From Lama guanicoe (lineage: Eukaryota), in the NCBI GenBank assembly GCA_013239625.1, contig MU057350.1, forward strand, positions 33,500,842 to 33,564,841: a stretch of 64,000 bases of DNA. Direction: 5' to 3'. Shown piece after piece: positions 63,025 through 64,000 of this stretch. Position numbers and translations under genes: made by a program. Numbering within the stretch: the stretch's first letter is position 1; each line of letters starts with the position of its first letter. The notes under the pieces were generated by a model. The model was given only the letters and a program-made list of their open reading frames with translations. It was not told the DNA's origin and did no database searches.

Positions 63025-63657
63025 NNNNNNNNNNNNNNNNNNNNNNNNNNNNNNNNNNNNNNNNNNNNNNNNNNNNNNNNNNNNNNNNNNNNNNNNNNNN
63101 NNNNNNNNNNNNNNNNNNNNNNNNNNNNNNNNNNNNNNNNNNNNNNNNNNNNNNNNNNNNNNNNNNNNNNNNNNNNNNNNNNNNNNNNNNNNNNNNNNNN
63201 NNNNNNNNNNNNNNNNNNNNNNNNNNNNNNNNNNNNNNNNNNNNNNNNNNNNNNNNNNNNNNNNNNNNNNNNNNNNNNNNNNNNNNNNNNNNNNNNNNNN
63301 NNNNNNNNNNNNNNNNNNNNNNNNNNNNNNNNNNNNNNNNNNNNNNNNNNNNNNNNNNNNNNNNNNNNNNNNNNNNNNNNNNNNNNNNNNNNNNNNNNNN
63401 NNNNNNNNNNNNNNNNNNNNNNNNNNNNNNNNNNNNNNNNNNNNNNNNNNNNNNNNNNNNNNNNNNNNNNNNNNNNNNNNNNNNNNNNNNNNNNNNNNNN
63501 NNNNNNNNNNNNNNNNNNNNNNNNNNNNNNNNNNNNNNNNNNNNNNNNNNNNNNNNNNNNNNNNNNNNNNNNNNNNNNNNNNNNNNNNNNNNNNNNNNNN
63601 NNNNNNNNNNNNNNNNNNNNNNNNNNNNNNNNNNNNNNNNNNNNNNNNNNNNNNNNN
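63025..63657. other. Assembly gap preceded by (TG)n
   Basis: N run. Confidence 0.99.
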
Positions 63658-64000
63658 TCCACGTATTTATGAACTTTCCTATTTTCTTACTGTTATTCTA
63701 GACTTCCAGTTTCATTCAATTGTTGTCAAAAAAAAAAAAAAGGTACTTGGTATGATCTTGATCCTCCTAAATTTGTTAAGACTTGTTTTGTGACCTAATA
63801 AGTGACCTATACTCAAGCATGTTCCATGTGTTCTCGAGAAGAGTGTGTACAGGCACATCTTATTTTATTGCTCTTCACAGATACTGTATTTTTTAGAAAT
63901 TGATGGTTTGTGGCAACCCTACATTGAGCAGGTCTATTGGCATCATTTTTCCAACAGCATGTGCTTCCTTAGTGTCTCGATGTCCCATTTTGGTAATTCT
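63658..64000 (+). repeat. Near-identical second copy of 61378-61719 (L1/Tigger1 junction)
   Basis: Three substitutions and one A-run indel over ~342 bp. Confidence 0.95.

Noticed and set aside
62967-63793. Long ORFs of 220-265 aa (also those at 17726-18197 and 48164-48427)
   Set aside because: They run through N gaps
1-64000. A novel multi-gene system, CRISPR-like array or operon
   Set aside because: Mammalian repeat-rich DNA with no regular repeat-spacer array and no long ORFs. The direct repeats lie near gaps and are probably artefacts
1-64000. The remaining 60-180 aa ORFs in the supplied track
   Set aside because: Many start at non-ATG codons or fall in repeats, and none resembles a protein I recognise apart from ATP5MJ and L1 ORF2 remnants

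Overview
Mammalian genomic DNA, non-coding and repeat-rich. It is most likely camelid (alpaca/camel), judged from three Vic-type tRNA-derived SINEs and lineage-type L1 3' ends recognised from memory, not from a database search. It looks like intergenic DNA or the inside of a very large intron. I found no intact recognisable protein-coding gene, RNA gene or CRISPR-like array. The one clearly identifiable gene-derived sequence is a processed pseudogene of ATP5MJ (ATP5MPL/C14orf2, 6.8-kDa mitochondrial proteolipid) at 3116-3508. It has a target-site duplication, a polyA signal, a decayed tail and a -1 frameshift, and it sits in a MIR that also took a 5'-inverted L1 about 50 bp away. The rest is MIR, L2, L1, MaLR/ERVL LTRs, two ERV1-type solo LTRs, MER20/MER33/Tigger1 DNA elements and microsatellites. 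There are four assembly gaps, with near-identical duplications close to three of them that are probably artefacts. Secondary candidates are a CpG/ETS promoter-like element (about 42.5-43.1 kb), several repeat-free motif clusters resembling enhancers, and a few short candidate exons that I could not assign to a gene. I see no sequence support for a novel multi-gene system. Repeat subfamily names and boundaries are approximate.
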